Assembly: GCA_030603385.1 (NCBI GenBank)
Contig: JAUVXW010000003.1
Span: 64,001 to 128,000, forward strand
Source: Promethearchaeota archaeon
GTDB taxonomy: Archaea > Asgardarchaeota > Lokiarchaeia > Sigyniarchaeales > SOKP01
Direction: 5' to 3'
Length of the DNA: 64,000 nt
Part shown: one piece after another, positions 9,923 to 19,613 of the stretch
Layout: every line of letters begins with the position of its first letter
How positions within the stretch are numbered: position 1 is the first letter of the stretch
Notes under the pieces: model-generated
Told to the model about the DNA's origin: nothing
The model's database searches: none
Seen by the model: only the letters and a program-made list of their open reading frames with translations
Program-made: the position numbers and the translations under genes

Positions 9923-11152
9923 TTGAGTATTGAACCAATGAAAATATTTTTTAAAGAAATTAAAGAGCCAATCACCACCACGATGATAGGAAATTATGCC
10001 GTTGCTGGTGGTGTTACTCAAACTGACCCAGATGTTATCTGTGCTTTTCCCATTACTCCACAAACTCAATCAGTAGAAGGATTATCTGATGTAGTCCATC
10101 AAGGTAGATTAAAGGCTGCTTTTGTAAATGTTGAATCTGAATTGGCTGCGATAAGTTTCTCAACTGCAGCGTGTGCCGCAGGAGCAAGATCTTTTACTGC
10201 TACAGCAAGTCAAGGGTACTTATTGATGACAGAGGGTCTACCAATGGCAGTTGGATGGAGATTACCCTTAACGATGATGATTTCCGCTCGTGCTTTTAAC
10301 TCCCCAAATTTATCTATTTGGAATTCTTGGGAATATACACAAGTTAATTCGGAACTTGGGTGGAATATAATCGTTTCTGAAAATGTTCAAGAGACCTATG
10401 ATGCAGCGATACTTTCAGTTATGATATCCGAAGATTCTTTGTTCCCAACAATTTTCGTTCATGATGGATTTATAATATCACATTCTGTACAAAAATTAAC
10501 TTTAATTCCTGATGAAAATGTAAAAAGAATGACTCCAAAAAAGCCAAGAGAGACAATTGACCCTTCAAAACCGGGAACTTGGGGTGGAATAGTTACTCCT
10601 GCTTATTTTATGGAAGGCAGAGCTAATTTAGATAAAGCTAAAGAACCAGTTTTGGGCCAAATGACTGATGTGTTCAAAAAATTTAAAACAGAAACTGGGA
10701 GAGAATATAATTTAATTGAAACTTATAATTTGGATAATTCATCAAAAACAGCAATATGTACTATGGGATCATTGTCTGGGAATATAATAAGCTGGATGAC
10801 TAAAAATAAGGATATTGGGTTAATCAAAATCCGAGTCTTTAGACCATTTCCTTATGAAGAACTAAGAAAAATCATTGAAGAATATGGAATAGAAAAGCTT
10901 ATACTGTTAGAAAAAAGTGATTCTTTAAATGGCATGTTACCTCCCTTTTCAATGTCCATAGCTACTGCGCTTTATCCACTTGGAACAATATTTAGAAGTT
11001 TTATTGTGGGTTTAGGTGGTCGAGATGTTACCAGAGATGAATTTGATATTGCGAAAAAGAAAATGGCTTCGATAACTGATATGAAAGGTCCACTTTATAT
11101 GTATCTCGGGGTAAGAGAAACTAAGGAAAAAATTCTTGGGGTGAGTGAATAG
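9923..11152 (+). CDS. porA: Pyruvate-type 2-oxoacid:ferredoxin oxidoreductase alpha subunit
   Basis: AFPITPQT, NVESE, TATASQG, HDGFIISH, RVFRPFP and GLGGRD motifs; TTG start after GAGGT. Confidence 0.88.
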   Translation: MSIEPMKIFFKEIKEPITTTMIGNYAVAGGVTQTDPDVICAFPITPQTQSVEGLSDVVHQGRLKAAFVNVESELAAISFSTAACAAGARSFTATASQGYLLMTEGLPMAVGWRLPLTMMISARAFNSPNLSIWNSWEYTQVNSELGWNIIVSENVQETYDAAILSVMISEDSLFPTIFVHDGFIISHSVQKLTLIPDENVKRMTPKKPRETIDPSKPGTWGGIVTPAYFMEGRANLDKAKEPVLGQMTDVFKKFKTETGREYNLIETYNLDNSSKTAICTMGSLSGNIISWMTKNKDIGLIKIRVFRPFPYEELRKIIEEYGIEKLILLEKSDSLNGMLPPFSMSIATALYPLGTIFRSFIVGLGGRDVTRDEFDIAKKKMASITDMKGPLYMYLGVRETKEKILGVSE

Positions 11153-11153
11153 A

Positions 11154-12242
11154 ATGTCAAAACCAGAAAGAAATATAATTAATTTTGAAGATATTTTAGC
11201 AAGAGATGGAAAATGCAATGTGTTATTCTTTAATTATGATAATGAAGCGTTTATGAACACGGGAATTCAAGAAAGTGGAGCAACTCCTCCTTACGCATCT
11301 ACAACAACGGGTCCTGCAGGAGAGAAAATACCTGGAAAGGTTGGAGTAAAACAAGATTTGGTTACACCCTTCGCTTTCTATGGGACTAAAAAACTTTTCT
11401 TAGCTACAGTTAACCCAGCATATCCTAATGATTTTATGGGAAAGATGATGGATGCTCTCAAATCAAATGGTTCCGCATTCATTCAAGCATATTCAGATTG
11501 TATGAGAGGATGGAGACATGAAGCTGCTGACGCATTTAAAATATCAAAATTAGCGACAGATTGTGGATATTGGCCGTTATATACTATTAGAGTGGAAGAT
11601 GGAATGCCAGTTTTTACATATTACCGGGGATTAGATCTTGATAAAGATAAATTTGTAGAATACCTAAAATCCATGGGGAGATTTAGACATTTATTTAAAC
11701 CAAAATTCATGGAAAAAGAAATTAATGAAATCATTTATTTAACAGAAAAAAGAAATGAAAAATTAAAAGGATTAATAGAACAATTCGGAGCTGAAAAGCC
11801 AATTGATTTATATAGGGTAAATAGAAAAAAATTAGCTCCTCAAACTCATTTACAACGAGGTCATGGGCTTTGTCCTGGATGTGGGGCAGGAATGGTCTTA
11901 AATCAAATGGCTACTGCTGCTACAGCTGTAGCAGGCAATAATATTATTTATGTGAATAATACAAGCTGCTCTGAAGTATCCACTTCGAAAGATAACGTAA
12001 CTTCTTGGAATGTTCCCTGGGTGCATCACTTATTTGAATCAGGTGCCACAGTTGCAGATGGCATAATAACAGCTAAAAAAATCATGAAAGCTAAGGGATT
12101 ATATGATAGAGATATCCCATGGGTTATTCATATTGCAGGAGATGGTTCTACATATGATATTGGGTTCCAATTTCTTAAAGCAGCACTTATTAGAACAAGT
12201 AGTTTTATGGAAATGAATCAGTATCTAATAAATCAAAAATAA
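11154..12242 (+). CDS. porB: 2-oxoacid:ferredoxin oxidoreductase beta subunit, circularly permuted
   Basis: All PorB motifs are present but the halves are swapped: YDNEAFMNTGIQ...CMRGW...WPLY comes first, GHGLCPGCG...CSEV...GDGSTYDIG last. Confidence 0.85.
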   Translation: MSKPERNIINFEDILARDGKCNVLFFNYDNEAFMNTGIQESGATPPYASTTTGPAGEKIPGKVGVKQDLVTPFAFYGTKKLFLATVNPAYPNDFMGKMMDALKSNGSAFIQAYSDCMRGWRHEAADAFKISKLATDCGYWPLYTIRVEDGMPVFTYYRGLDLDKDKFVEYLKSMGRFRHLFKPKFMEKEINEIIYLTEKRNEKLKGLIEQFGAEKPIDLYRVNRKKLAPQTHLQRGHGLCPGCGAGMVLNQMATAATAVAGNNIIYVNNTSCSEVSTSKDNVTSWNVPWVHHLFESGATVADGIITAKKIMKAKGLYDRDIPWVIHIAGDGSTYDIGFQFLKAALIRTSSFMEMNQYLINQK

Positions 12243-12359
12243 TTTATTTTTATAATTTCATTTTTTTTATTTCATTATCAACTATATTTTTTAAATTAAT
12301 TCTACAAATCTGGTTTTTCCTAAAGGAATATTTTTTTTAATTCAACTACTATTTCTTTT

Positions 12360-13127
12360 ATGGTAATTAAAGTCGAAAAGAATTATCCAATTTATACAGT
12401 AATAATTGATAATCCCGATGTGAAAAATGCTGTAGATAAAGATGCTGCTAATCAACTTGCTAATGCATTTAGAGAATTTGAATTAGATGAAAAAGCTTTA
12501 GTTGGTGTCTTATGGGGTGCAAATGGAACTTTTTGCTCAGGAGCAAATTTAAAAAATATTGCTGAGGGAGGGGGAAACCGAAAAGAAAAAGATGGGGATG
12601 GACCAATGGGTCCGTCTAGATTACAATTATCTAAACCTGTGATCGCAGCAGTAGCAGGATATGCAGTTGCAGGGGGTCTTGAACTTGCTTTATGGTGTGA
12701 TATGCGAGTAGTTGAGAGAAATGCTATATTTGGGGTTTTTTGCCGTAGATTCGGGGTACCTTTGATTGATGGTGGTACTGTCCGGCTTCCAAGGCTTATT
12801 GGATTAAGCCGAGCTTTAGATATGATTCTTACAGGGCGTCCTGTTAATGCAGAGGAAGCATATAATTGGGGATTAGCAAATCGGATTGTTGATATTGGGC
12901 AATCAAGACAGGAAGCTGAGAAATTAGCAAGGCAGATTGCTGAATTTCCACAAATATGTATGAGAAATGATAGGTTATCCTCTTATAGTCAGTTTGGATT
13001 GAATATAAAAGATGCAATGCTTCAAGAGTTTGAATATGGTTTAAAAACTTTAGAAACAGGAGAACATCTAAAAGGGAGTAAAACATTTATTCAAGGAAAA
13101 GGAAAGCATGGCTCTTTTGATAAATAG
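12360..13127 (+). CDS. Enoyl-CoA hydratase/crotonase family protein
   Basis: FCSGANL, KPVIAAVAGYAVAGGLELALWCD and GVPLIDGG motifs. Confidence 0.9.
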   Translation: MVIKVEKNYPIYTVIIDNPDVKNAVDKDAANQLANAFREFELDEKALVGVLWGANGTFCSGANLKNIAEGGGNRKEKDGDGPMGPSRLQLSKPVIAAVAGYAVAGGLELALWCDMRVVERNAIFGVFCRRFGVPLIDGGTVRLPRLIGLSRALDMILTGRPVNAEEAYNWGLANRIVDIGQSRQEAEKLARQIAEFPQICMRNDRLSSYSQFGLNIKDAMLQEFEYGLKTLETGEHLKGSKTFIQGKGKHGSFDK

Positions 13128-13172
13128 AAACTAATTTATGTATCTGCAAATTAAATAATAATTGGTGATGAT

Positions 13173-13589
13173 ATGATTAAATTTGAAGAATTTAGACTCA
13201 AAACCCCAGAGAGAGAAATACTTTTAGATGTAACAAATGAAGTGCATAAAATTGTAAGGAATTCTAATATACAAGAGGGTATATGTCGAGTATTTGTACC
13301 CCATACTACAGCAGGAATAACAATTAATGAAAATGCAGATCCTTCAGTAATAAAAGACATAAGTAACTATTTAGGAAAACTAATTCCACATGAAGGAGGA
13401 TTAGGATACACCTTTAAGCACAGAGAAGGAAATTCAGATGCCCATATCAAATGTACGCTAACTGGACATTCAGTTGAAATAATAATTCATGAAAACAGAT
13501 TAATGCTTGGAACATGGCAAGGTATAATGTTTGCTGAATTTGATGGTCCTCGTAACAGAAGGATTTATGTACAGATTCAGGGGCAATGA
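13173..13589 (+). CDS. yjbQ: YjbQ/UPF0047 family protein
   Basis: HTTAGITINENADP, EGNSDAHIK and LGTWQGI.FAEFDGPR motifs. Confidence 0.92.
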   Translation: MIKFEEFRLKTPEREILLDVTNEVHKIVRNSNIQEGICRVFVPHTTAGITINENADPSVIKDISNYLGKLIPHEGGLGYTFKHREGNSDAHIKCTLTGHSVEIIIHENRLMLGTWQGIMFAEFDGPRNRRIYVQIQGQ

Positions 13590-13679
13590 TAAGAATCGGG
13601 CTCAAATTGATATAATCTATAATAAACCTTAATTCATTTCAAAAATTTAATCTTATAATTATTTATATAGGGGATTTAA

Positions 13680-14750
13680 ATGGAATTTGGTTTTAATTCG
13701 CTCTCGAATTTAGCAAAAATTAAAAAAAATGTCAAAAGAAAGAGAATTTCCAGCTACGATAAAAGTGGGGCAAATGCAGATTTTATTTTTATAGAAAACA
13801 AGGAAAAATACAATATATGTGATATTCATGGATCGGGTATAATAAAACACATTTGGATGACATTGGCATCCCAAGATAATAATTATTTAAGGAAAGTCAT
13901 TATTCGAATGTGGTGGGATGATGAAGAAAATCCCTCTGTTGAATGTCCAATTGGTGATTTTTTTGGTATTGGACATGGGAAAACTGTAAATTTTTGGAGT
14001 TTACCACTATCAATGGGTCCTAATGATGGCAAGGGCTTTAATTGCTTTTTCCCCATGCCGTTTTCTAGAAGAGCAAGAATCGAAGTCGAAAATGAAAGCG
14101 ATGAAAGCAAATTAATATGTTATTTTTATATTGATTATGAAGAATATTCTGAAATTGAACCATCTTATGGAAGATTTCATGTTTTATGGAGAAGAGAAAA
14201 CCCTTGCAAGGGTCAAGACTATGAATATCTAAAGAAAAGAAGTTATAAAGCATCAAAGTTTAGTAAAAAAAATCCATCTCATGAAGATGATTATTTAGTT
14301 ATGGAAGCTGAGGGAGAGGGTCATTATGTGGGGTGTCATTTAGATATCCATAACTTATTTGAAACTGAAAGACATAATTGGCCTGGTGAAGGCGATGATT
14401 ACATTGAGATTGATGATGGTGAAATCGTTCTTTATGGAACAGGAACAGAAGACTATTTCTGTGGCTCGTGGTGCCCTATTCAATATTATTGTTCACCTTA
14501 TTTTGGAGTAACTTTAACTGGTGGGAAGAATTGGAGTGGAAAGATCTCATATTATCGGTATCATATTGAGGATCCAATTTACTTTCATAAAAATATTAAA
14601 ATAAAAATAGAACATGGACACGCTAATCAACGTTCGGATGATTGGTCATCAACAGCATATTGGTATCAAACAGAACCTCATAAAAAGTTTAACCCATTAC
14701 TGCCTGTAGATGAAAGATTGCCAAGAGAAAAGCCTAAAGAAATAAAATAA
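13680..14750 (+). CDS. DUF2961 / glycoside hydrolase family 172-like protein
   Basis: HIWMT, PIGDFFG, FPMPF, GEGD, GTGTEDYF, YRYHIEDP and SSTAYWYQ motifs. Confidence 0.88.
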   Translation: MEFGFNSLSNLAKIKKNVKRKRISSYDKSGANADFIFIENKEKYNICDIHGSGIIKHIWMTLASQDNNYLRKVIIRMWWDDEENPSVECPIGDFFGIGHGKTVNFWSLPLSMGPNDGKGFNCFFPMPFSRRARIEVENESDESKLICYFYIDYEEYSEIEPSYGRFHVLWRRENPCKGQDYEYLKKRSYKASKFSKKNPSHEDDYLVMEAEGEGHYVGCHLDIHNLFETERHNWPGEGDDYIEIDDGEIVLYGTGTEDYFCGSWCPIQYYCSPYFGVTLTGGKNWSGKISYYRYHIEDPIYFHKNIKIKIEHGHANQRSDDWSSTAYWYQTEPHKKFNPLLPVDERLPREKPKEIK

Positions 14751-14778
14751 AAATTGAAGAAATTGAAAAATTATACTT

Positions 14779-15477
14779 TTATTCAAGAGCTTTTTTAATA
14801 GCAGCTCTTGCGAGCAATCGTGTAGAATCGAGGAGAGGTAACGGTGAATTATCTGGATCAACTAATAGAGGTATTTCCGTACATCCTAGTACAACCGCAT
14901 CACAACCGTTAGCTTTAAGTTTTTGTAGTATCTTATTAAAAAATATACTAGATTTCTCAGTAAAAATACCATTTACTAATTCTTCAAAAATAATCTGATC
15001 TATTTTTTCTTGATCTCTTTCTTGTAGAATTTCACAGTTAATCCGAAATTTTTTAAGAGCATCGGGATAAACTGGTGATGTGACAAGATATTTTGTTCCT
15101 AATATGCCTAAATGTTTAAATTTCTTATTTTTAGCTTCTTCTCCTACAACTTCTGCAATATTCAACCAAGGGATTGGTGATCTGGATATCATTAGGTTAT
15201 ATGCTTGGTGTATTGTATTATCAGGGCAAATTGCAAAATCAGCTCCTGCTTTTGCTACAATTTCCGTGGAAGTAAGCATTAGCTCTGCTACTTTTTCCCA
15301 ATCCCCATTCCAGATGTATTGCATATAATCAGAAAGAGGTGGTGTATGCATAGTGATCTCAGGATGTCTATATTTAAACAATTTTTCCTGTGCTTCTATA
15401 CATATTGTAGTATAACATAAGGCAGCTCCTTCTGCACTACAAGCAACAATTCCAATATGTTTGACCAAATTTAACAC
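14779..15477 (-). CDS. Aspartate/glutamate racemase family protein
   Basis: CPDNTIH and LGCTEIP motifs; LDSTRLLA C-terminus. Confidence 0.88.
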   Translation of the reverse strand: MLNLVKHIGIVACSAEGAALCYTTICIEAQEKLFKYRHPEITMHTPPLSDYMQYIWNGDWEKVAELMLTSTEIVAKAGADFAICPDNTIHQAYNLMISRSPIPWLNIAEVVGEEAKNKKFKHLGILGTKYLVTSPVYPDALKKFRINCEILQERDQEKIDQIIFEELVNGIFTEKSSIFFNKILQKLKANGCDAVVLGCTEIPLLVDPDNSPLPLLDSTRLLARAAIKKALE

Positions 15478-15587
15478 CTATTTACTTTAAGTATTATATT
15501 TTTGCTAATTTAAATTCTCTTAATTTTTTTAATTAACGCTAATTAGCAGTACTAGAATGTACATAAACTTCATTTCCTTCACCATTG

Positions 15588-16394
15588 TTATTTCAATCCT
15601 AATATAACTCTTGCTTCTGATGGATCTGCTATTTCACGACGAACATGTTTACAAATATCGACATAATTTTTTATAATTTCTGCATTATTTTTTGCTGGTT
15701 TTTCTTTTTTAATGAACGGGTAATCCTCCGTACCAACCCTTATATTTCCATCATGGGTAAGAACAAATACTAAAAGCTTCATTTGATCTTCTCCCATTAC
15801 ACTCACACCATGAATAGATTTCTGTGGCATGAATTTTTTTCTATACATATATTCTTGATAATTTGCTGGACTCCACATACCTCCTGGCCAATTGAAGAAT
15901 AAAGTTAAAATATGCGGATTTGACCATTCTATTAAACTTTTATCGATTAAATAATTTAAATTCCAGGAAGATCCCGTATGCCACAATTCCCAATCAGGCT
16001 TAATATTATATTTTTTTAATTTCATACAGTATTCTTCCAATTCTTTTATTGGATGTAGAATATCCACTTTAACTTGATCAAAATACTCAGCATCATGATT
16101 CAACATTACTGACATCATTTCTGGTTTAGCATCAAAATCTCCTTTTCTTTGTTGGATCGACTCACTAGACAGCCCCGCCTGAATAATTATATCACATCTT
16201 TCTCGTATTCTCTTGACTGTTTCAATTTCCTTTCCTCGAGGCAAGTGAACATGAGCAACTGCAGCACCCGCATCACAACATTCGACTACATCCTCAATTA
16301 GTTGCTCAGTTGTTTCTGCCCAATTTTTTACTTCAGGATATACCAAAGAATTTGCAGTGGTAGCGGTTATTATTATTTTTTGGTTTTCTTTCAT
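15588..16394 (-). CDS. Beta-keto acid cleavage enzyme (BKACE/DUF849, Kce-like)
   Basis: KIIITAT, AGAAVAHVH, RVGTED and REIADPSEAR motifs; likely start is MKENQK at 16394, not 16571. Confidence 0.85.
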   Translation of the reverse strand: MKENQKIIITATTANSLVYPEVKNWAETTEQLIEDVVECCDAGAAVAHVHLPRGKEIETVKRIRERCDIIIQAGLSSESIQQRKGDFDAKPEMMSVMLNHDAEYFDQVKVDILHPIKELEEYCMKLKKYNIKPDWELWHTGSSWNLNYLIDKSLIEWSNPHILTLFFNWPGGMWSPANYQEYMYRKKFMPQKSIHGVSVMGEDQMKLLVFVLTHDGNIRVGTEDYPFIKKEKPAKNNAEIIKNYVDICKHVRREIADPSEARVILGLK

Positions 16395-16523
16395 AATTAT
16401 ATTCAATAAGTTCTTATGATACCTTGTAGTATATAAGCCTTTATATACCAAAAAAGCTAATTTTTTTTTTACTTGACTTCCTAAAAAATTTAATAAATAA
16501 AAATATTTGGAGATAGTCCATTT

Positions 16524-17321
16524 TTGCCAAAAGTAAAAGTTAATGATATTAATATATATTACGAGATTCATGGAGAGGGATTTCCGCTTTTAATGATAAG
16601 AGGATTATCCTCTGATGTATATCGTTGGCCTTTGAGTTTAGTGAAAGAAATTTCAAAACATTTTAAAGTGGTTCTGTTCGATAATAGAGGAGCAGGTCGT
16701 ACAGATAAACCTAATATCGAATATTCAATTAAGATAATGGCTGATGATACAACTGGTCTAATGAAAGTTTTAAATATAGAAAAAGCACATATACTTGGAT
16801 ATTCAATGGGGGGATTTATTGGTCAAGAGATCGCTTTAAATTATCCTGAAAAAGTAAAAAAACTTATATTATGTTCAGCAGGGTGTGGCGGTCCAAAAAG
16901 CGTTCCTGCATCGGAAGAAGTAAGAGAAGGACTAGATAGTAATCGGGAAGGCTTATCAGATGAAGAATTACTCAGAAATTGGCTTCCCATTTATTTCACT
17001 GAAAGCTTTATACAGATTAACCCTGATGAGGTAGAAGAATATGTACGTAGATCCCTCTTAGCGCCAATACCTCCCTATGCCTACAGACGTCAATTGATGG
17101 CGGCATTTAGTTTTAATTCATATGAAAGGCTAAAAGACATAAAAACTCCAACTTTAGTTTTAAGTGGGAAGGAAGATATACTAGTTCCTCATGAAAACTC
17201 AATTCTATTAGCAGAAAACATACCTGGAGCAAGATTATCTTTACTTGAGAACCTTGGTCATGGTCTTTTCACACCAGACCCATTGCTAATCGCAAAAATA
17301 ATCATTGAATTTCTTACTTAG
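16524..17321 (+). CDS. Alpha/beta hydrolase (PcaD/MhpC-like)
   Basis: DNRGAGR, nucleophile motif GYSMGG, GKEDILVP and GH. Confidence 0.9.
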   Translation: MPKVKVNDINIYYEIHGEGFPLLMIRGLSSDVYRWPLSLVKEISKHFKVVLFDNRGAGRTDKPNIEYSIKIMADDTTGLMKVLNIEKAHILGYSMGGFIGQEIALNYPEKVKKLILCSAGCGGPKSVPASEEVREGLDSNREGLSDEELLRNWLPIYFTESFIQINPDEVEEYVRRSLLAPIPPYAYRRQLMAAFSFNSYERLKDIKTPTLVLSGKEDILVPHENSILLAENIPGARLSLLENLGHGLFTPDPLLIAKIIIEFLT

Positions 17322-17414
17322 TTTCAAGATAAAATAAACTCATAGTAATGTTTAATAAAATATAAAATGAGAGTTATATGTTAGATGAATCAAGACATTT
17401 CCATGTAATAATAT

Positions 17415-18602
17415 TTATACATATTCTATAGTTGCTGGTGGTTTTGGAGTTACATCGAAGTATACAATTTTAGTTTTAGGAATTTTAAGAAGTTCTTGTT
17501 TTAACTGATTTAACAGCTCAAATGGCAAATTTGTAACTGTTGCGGTTCTGGCATCTCTACTATTGATAGATCTAATTATTACATCGTATTGACCTGTAGG
17601 ATTATTACCTAGTTCGAATAAAATCCGAGAAAAACCTTTGAGTTCGGAAGCCTTTTTAATAAGCTTATCAAAATCCCATTCTCCTTTTTCAATTTTAGGT
17701 GTCTGATAAGTTCTGCCTCCATTAACTAATCCTGTAACTTTCTGACTAATAACACCTTCGCTAATTGCAGCAAAAACTTGGAACGGTTCCTGTTCTCCAT
17801 AGCTATTAATAATCATTGTCTTTCCATATTGATTTTTATAGAAATCTTCTAAACGAGCTTCAACGAGGTCATGAACCTTTTTCTCAAATTTCAAATTTTC
17901 AAAGGTGACAGGACCAATGATTCGAGCTGATAAGGCAGGCCCTGGAAACGCTTTCCTATAGATTAGCTCATCTGGCATTCCTAGATATTCAAGCACTTTA
18001 CGTATTTCATGTTTAGTCAAACTTGCTACTGGTTGAATTGTTGCCTCAACATCATATTCAATTTCTACATTATGCTGGCTTTTTACAAATCTTTTTATAT
18101 GAGTATTTTTCAAGGCAAGTTCTTCCTCTAATGTCATAGTTTCTTTTAAATCAGTGATTTTCACCCCAAAACTTTCTTCTATATCGGGGAGTATCGTTCC
18201 ATCTGCCAGAAGATCGCATTTTTCTTCTTTTATAACTTCACTAATAGTACCAGAATAGGCATCCTTGAATAAATGTCTTTTCTTTTCAGCATCTCCTTCA
18301 CCTATAATTTTGGGAAGAAATTGGTCTCGAATATCTAAAATAATTATATCAGGAAACAATTTTTTAATATATTCTCTCTCTTCGACACCTCTAATAACTC
18401 TCATTAACCCATGATCAATAAAAACAGGGATTGTATCAATTTTTGCCTTTTTAAGTAAAAGGTATGCAGTTGAGCTATCAATTCCCCCTGATAAAGCACA
18501 AAATACTTTTTTACCTTTAGCATGCTTATTCAGAAATTTAATTGCTTCCTTAACAAACTTCTTGGGTTCTCGAGGGGGATTAATTAATCTGTGATTTAAC
18601 AT
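17415..18602 (-). CDS. guaAB: GMP synthase ATP-pyrophosphatase subunit (archaeal subunit B)
   Basis: SGGIDS PP-loop, DHGLMR, GTILPDIEES, KSQHNV, FPGPAL and DVTPKPPATIEY; no glutaminase domain. Confidence 0.85.
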   Translation of the reverse strand: MLNHRLINPPREPKKFVKEAIKFLNKHAKGKKVFCALSGGIDSSTAYLLLKKAKIDTIPVFIDHGLMRVIRGVEEREYIKKLFPDIIILDIRDQFLPKIIGEGDAEKKRHLFKDAYSGTISEVIKEEKCDLLADGTILPDIEESFGVKITDLKETMTLEEELALKNTHIKRFVKSQHNVEIEYDVEATIQPVASLTKHEIRKVLEYLGMPDELIYRKAFPGPALSARIIGPVTFENLKFEKKVHDLVEARLEDFYKNQYGKTMIINSYGEQEPFQVFAAISEGVISQKVTGLVNGGRTYQTPKIEKGEWDFDKLIKKASELKGFSRILFELGNNPTGQYDVIIRSINSRDARTATVTNLPFELLNQLKQELLKIPKTKIVYFDVTPKPPATIEYV

Positions 18603-18869
18603 AGAGTTGATTAATATTTATGTTAAAATAAGTGTAGTTATTAAGTGGTTATGATTTATGATTTATTCGCATGATTCGAACTGATCAAGGGCAAATTTGA
18701 ATGGTCCTGGGGGAGTATCTCCTCTAACTATTGCTCCAGATGACCTTAAGGATCTATTGATTCCTGTGGAAAGAAATCCGTTAGAGTATAACATAAAGGG
18801 GTATTCAGGATATAAATATATACCAGATTGGAAAATAAACACTGAGTCCTTCACCTGCTTTCCGGTTAT

Positions 18870-19391
18870 TCAGTCTTGATTCTGGAGAAATTCTTCGAGT
18901 TGGACGAAAATCCCATCTGGATCCCTAGCCGTAACGATTTTTATTAGATCCTTTCCTGGTGTTTCAGGAGTTAGGTCTGCAACTTGAGGAGGGCTAATAA
19001 ACTCAACACCCTTTGACTTTAGATAGTTGTATACTTTGTCAACATCATCCACCTCAAGGGAGATCCGAGTGATTCCGACATTGTTTATTTTATCATAAGG
19101 TTTTCCCGTAGAAGGTGGTTTAGTCCATTGAAGAAGATCAAGCACTGTTGCATTTTTATCATAGCCAAAGCGGATAACCCAGCCTTTATATTCCGCTGTA
19201 TTACCCAACCCAAGAGCAATTCCGACGCCTTCGCTCTCGGTCTTTCTTTTAATAATCTCTGCCTTCTCTCTATTCCCGAGTAAATGTCCTCCTAGCAAGT
19301 CAACATAGAATTCCAGTGATTTTTCAATGTCTGAACAAACTACATTAAAATGAATAATCCTTTTTATCATTAGAGTGCTTTTTTTTTTCAT
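18870..19391 (-). CDS. VOC/glyoxalase family protein
   Basis: IIHFNVVCSDIEKSLEFY, ISLEVDDVD and RDPDGIFVQL motifs. Confidence 0.85.
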   Translation of the reverse strand: MKKKSTLMIKRIIHFNVVCSDIEKSLEFYVDLLGGHLLGNREKAEIIKRKTESEGVGIALGLGNTAEYKGWVIRFGYDKNATVLDLLQWTKPPSTGKPYDKINNVGITRISLEVDDVDKVYNYLKSKGVEFISPPQVADLTPETPGKDLIKIVTARDPDGIFVQLEEFLQNQD

Positions 19392-19613
19392 TTTTTTTAC
19401 TATTCCTATTTGTTAATTTTTAAATATAATCAGCTTAATTTATTTAAAAGAATTTTCCTTCGAAAGTTAACCTTTTTCAAATCAGAAAATTGTATAAATG
19501 ATTATTAAATCAATATAAAATACCCCTTTTTTTCGGAAAAATTCTTTTTTGATCTTATTTTAATTTGCTAAAATTCAAGTAATAAACAAAATTTTCAAAT
19601 TTACAGGTGAAAA

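Noticed and set aside
16395-16571. N-terminal extension of the BKACE ORF given in the ORF track
   Set aside because: It overlaps the divergent hydrolase start and spans an AT-rich promoter spacer; homology begins at MKENQKIIIT (16394)
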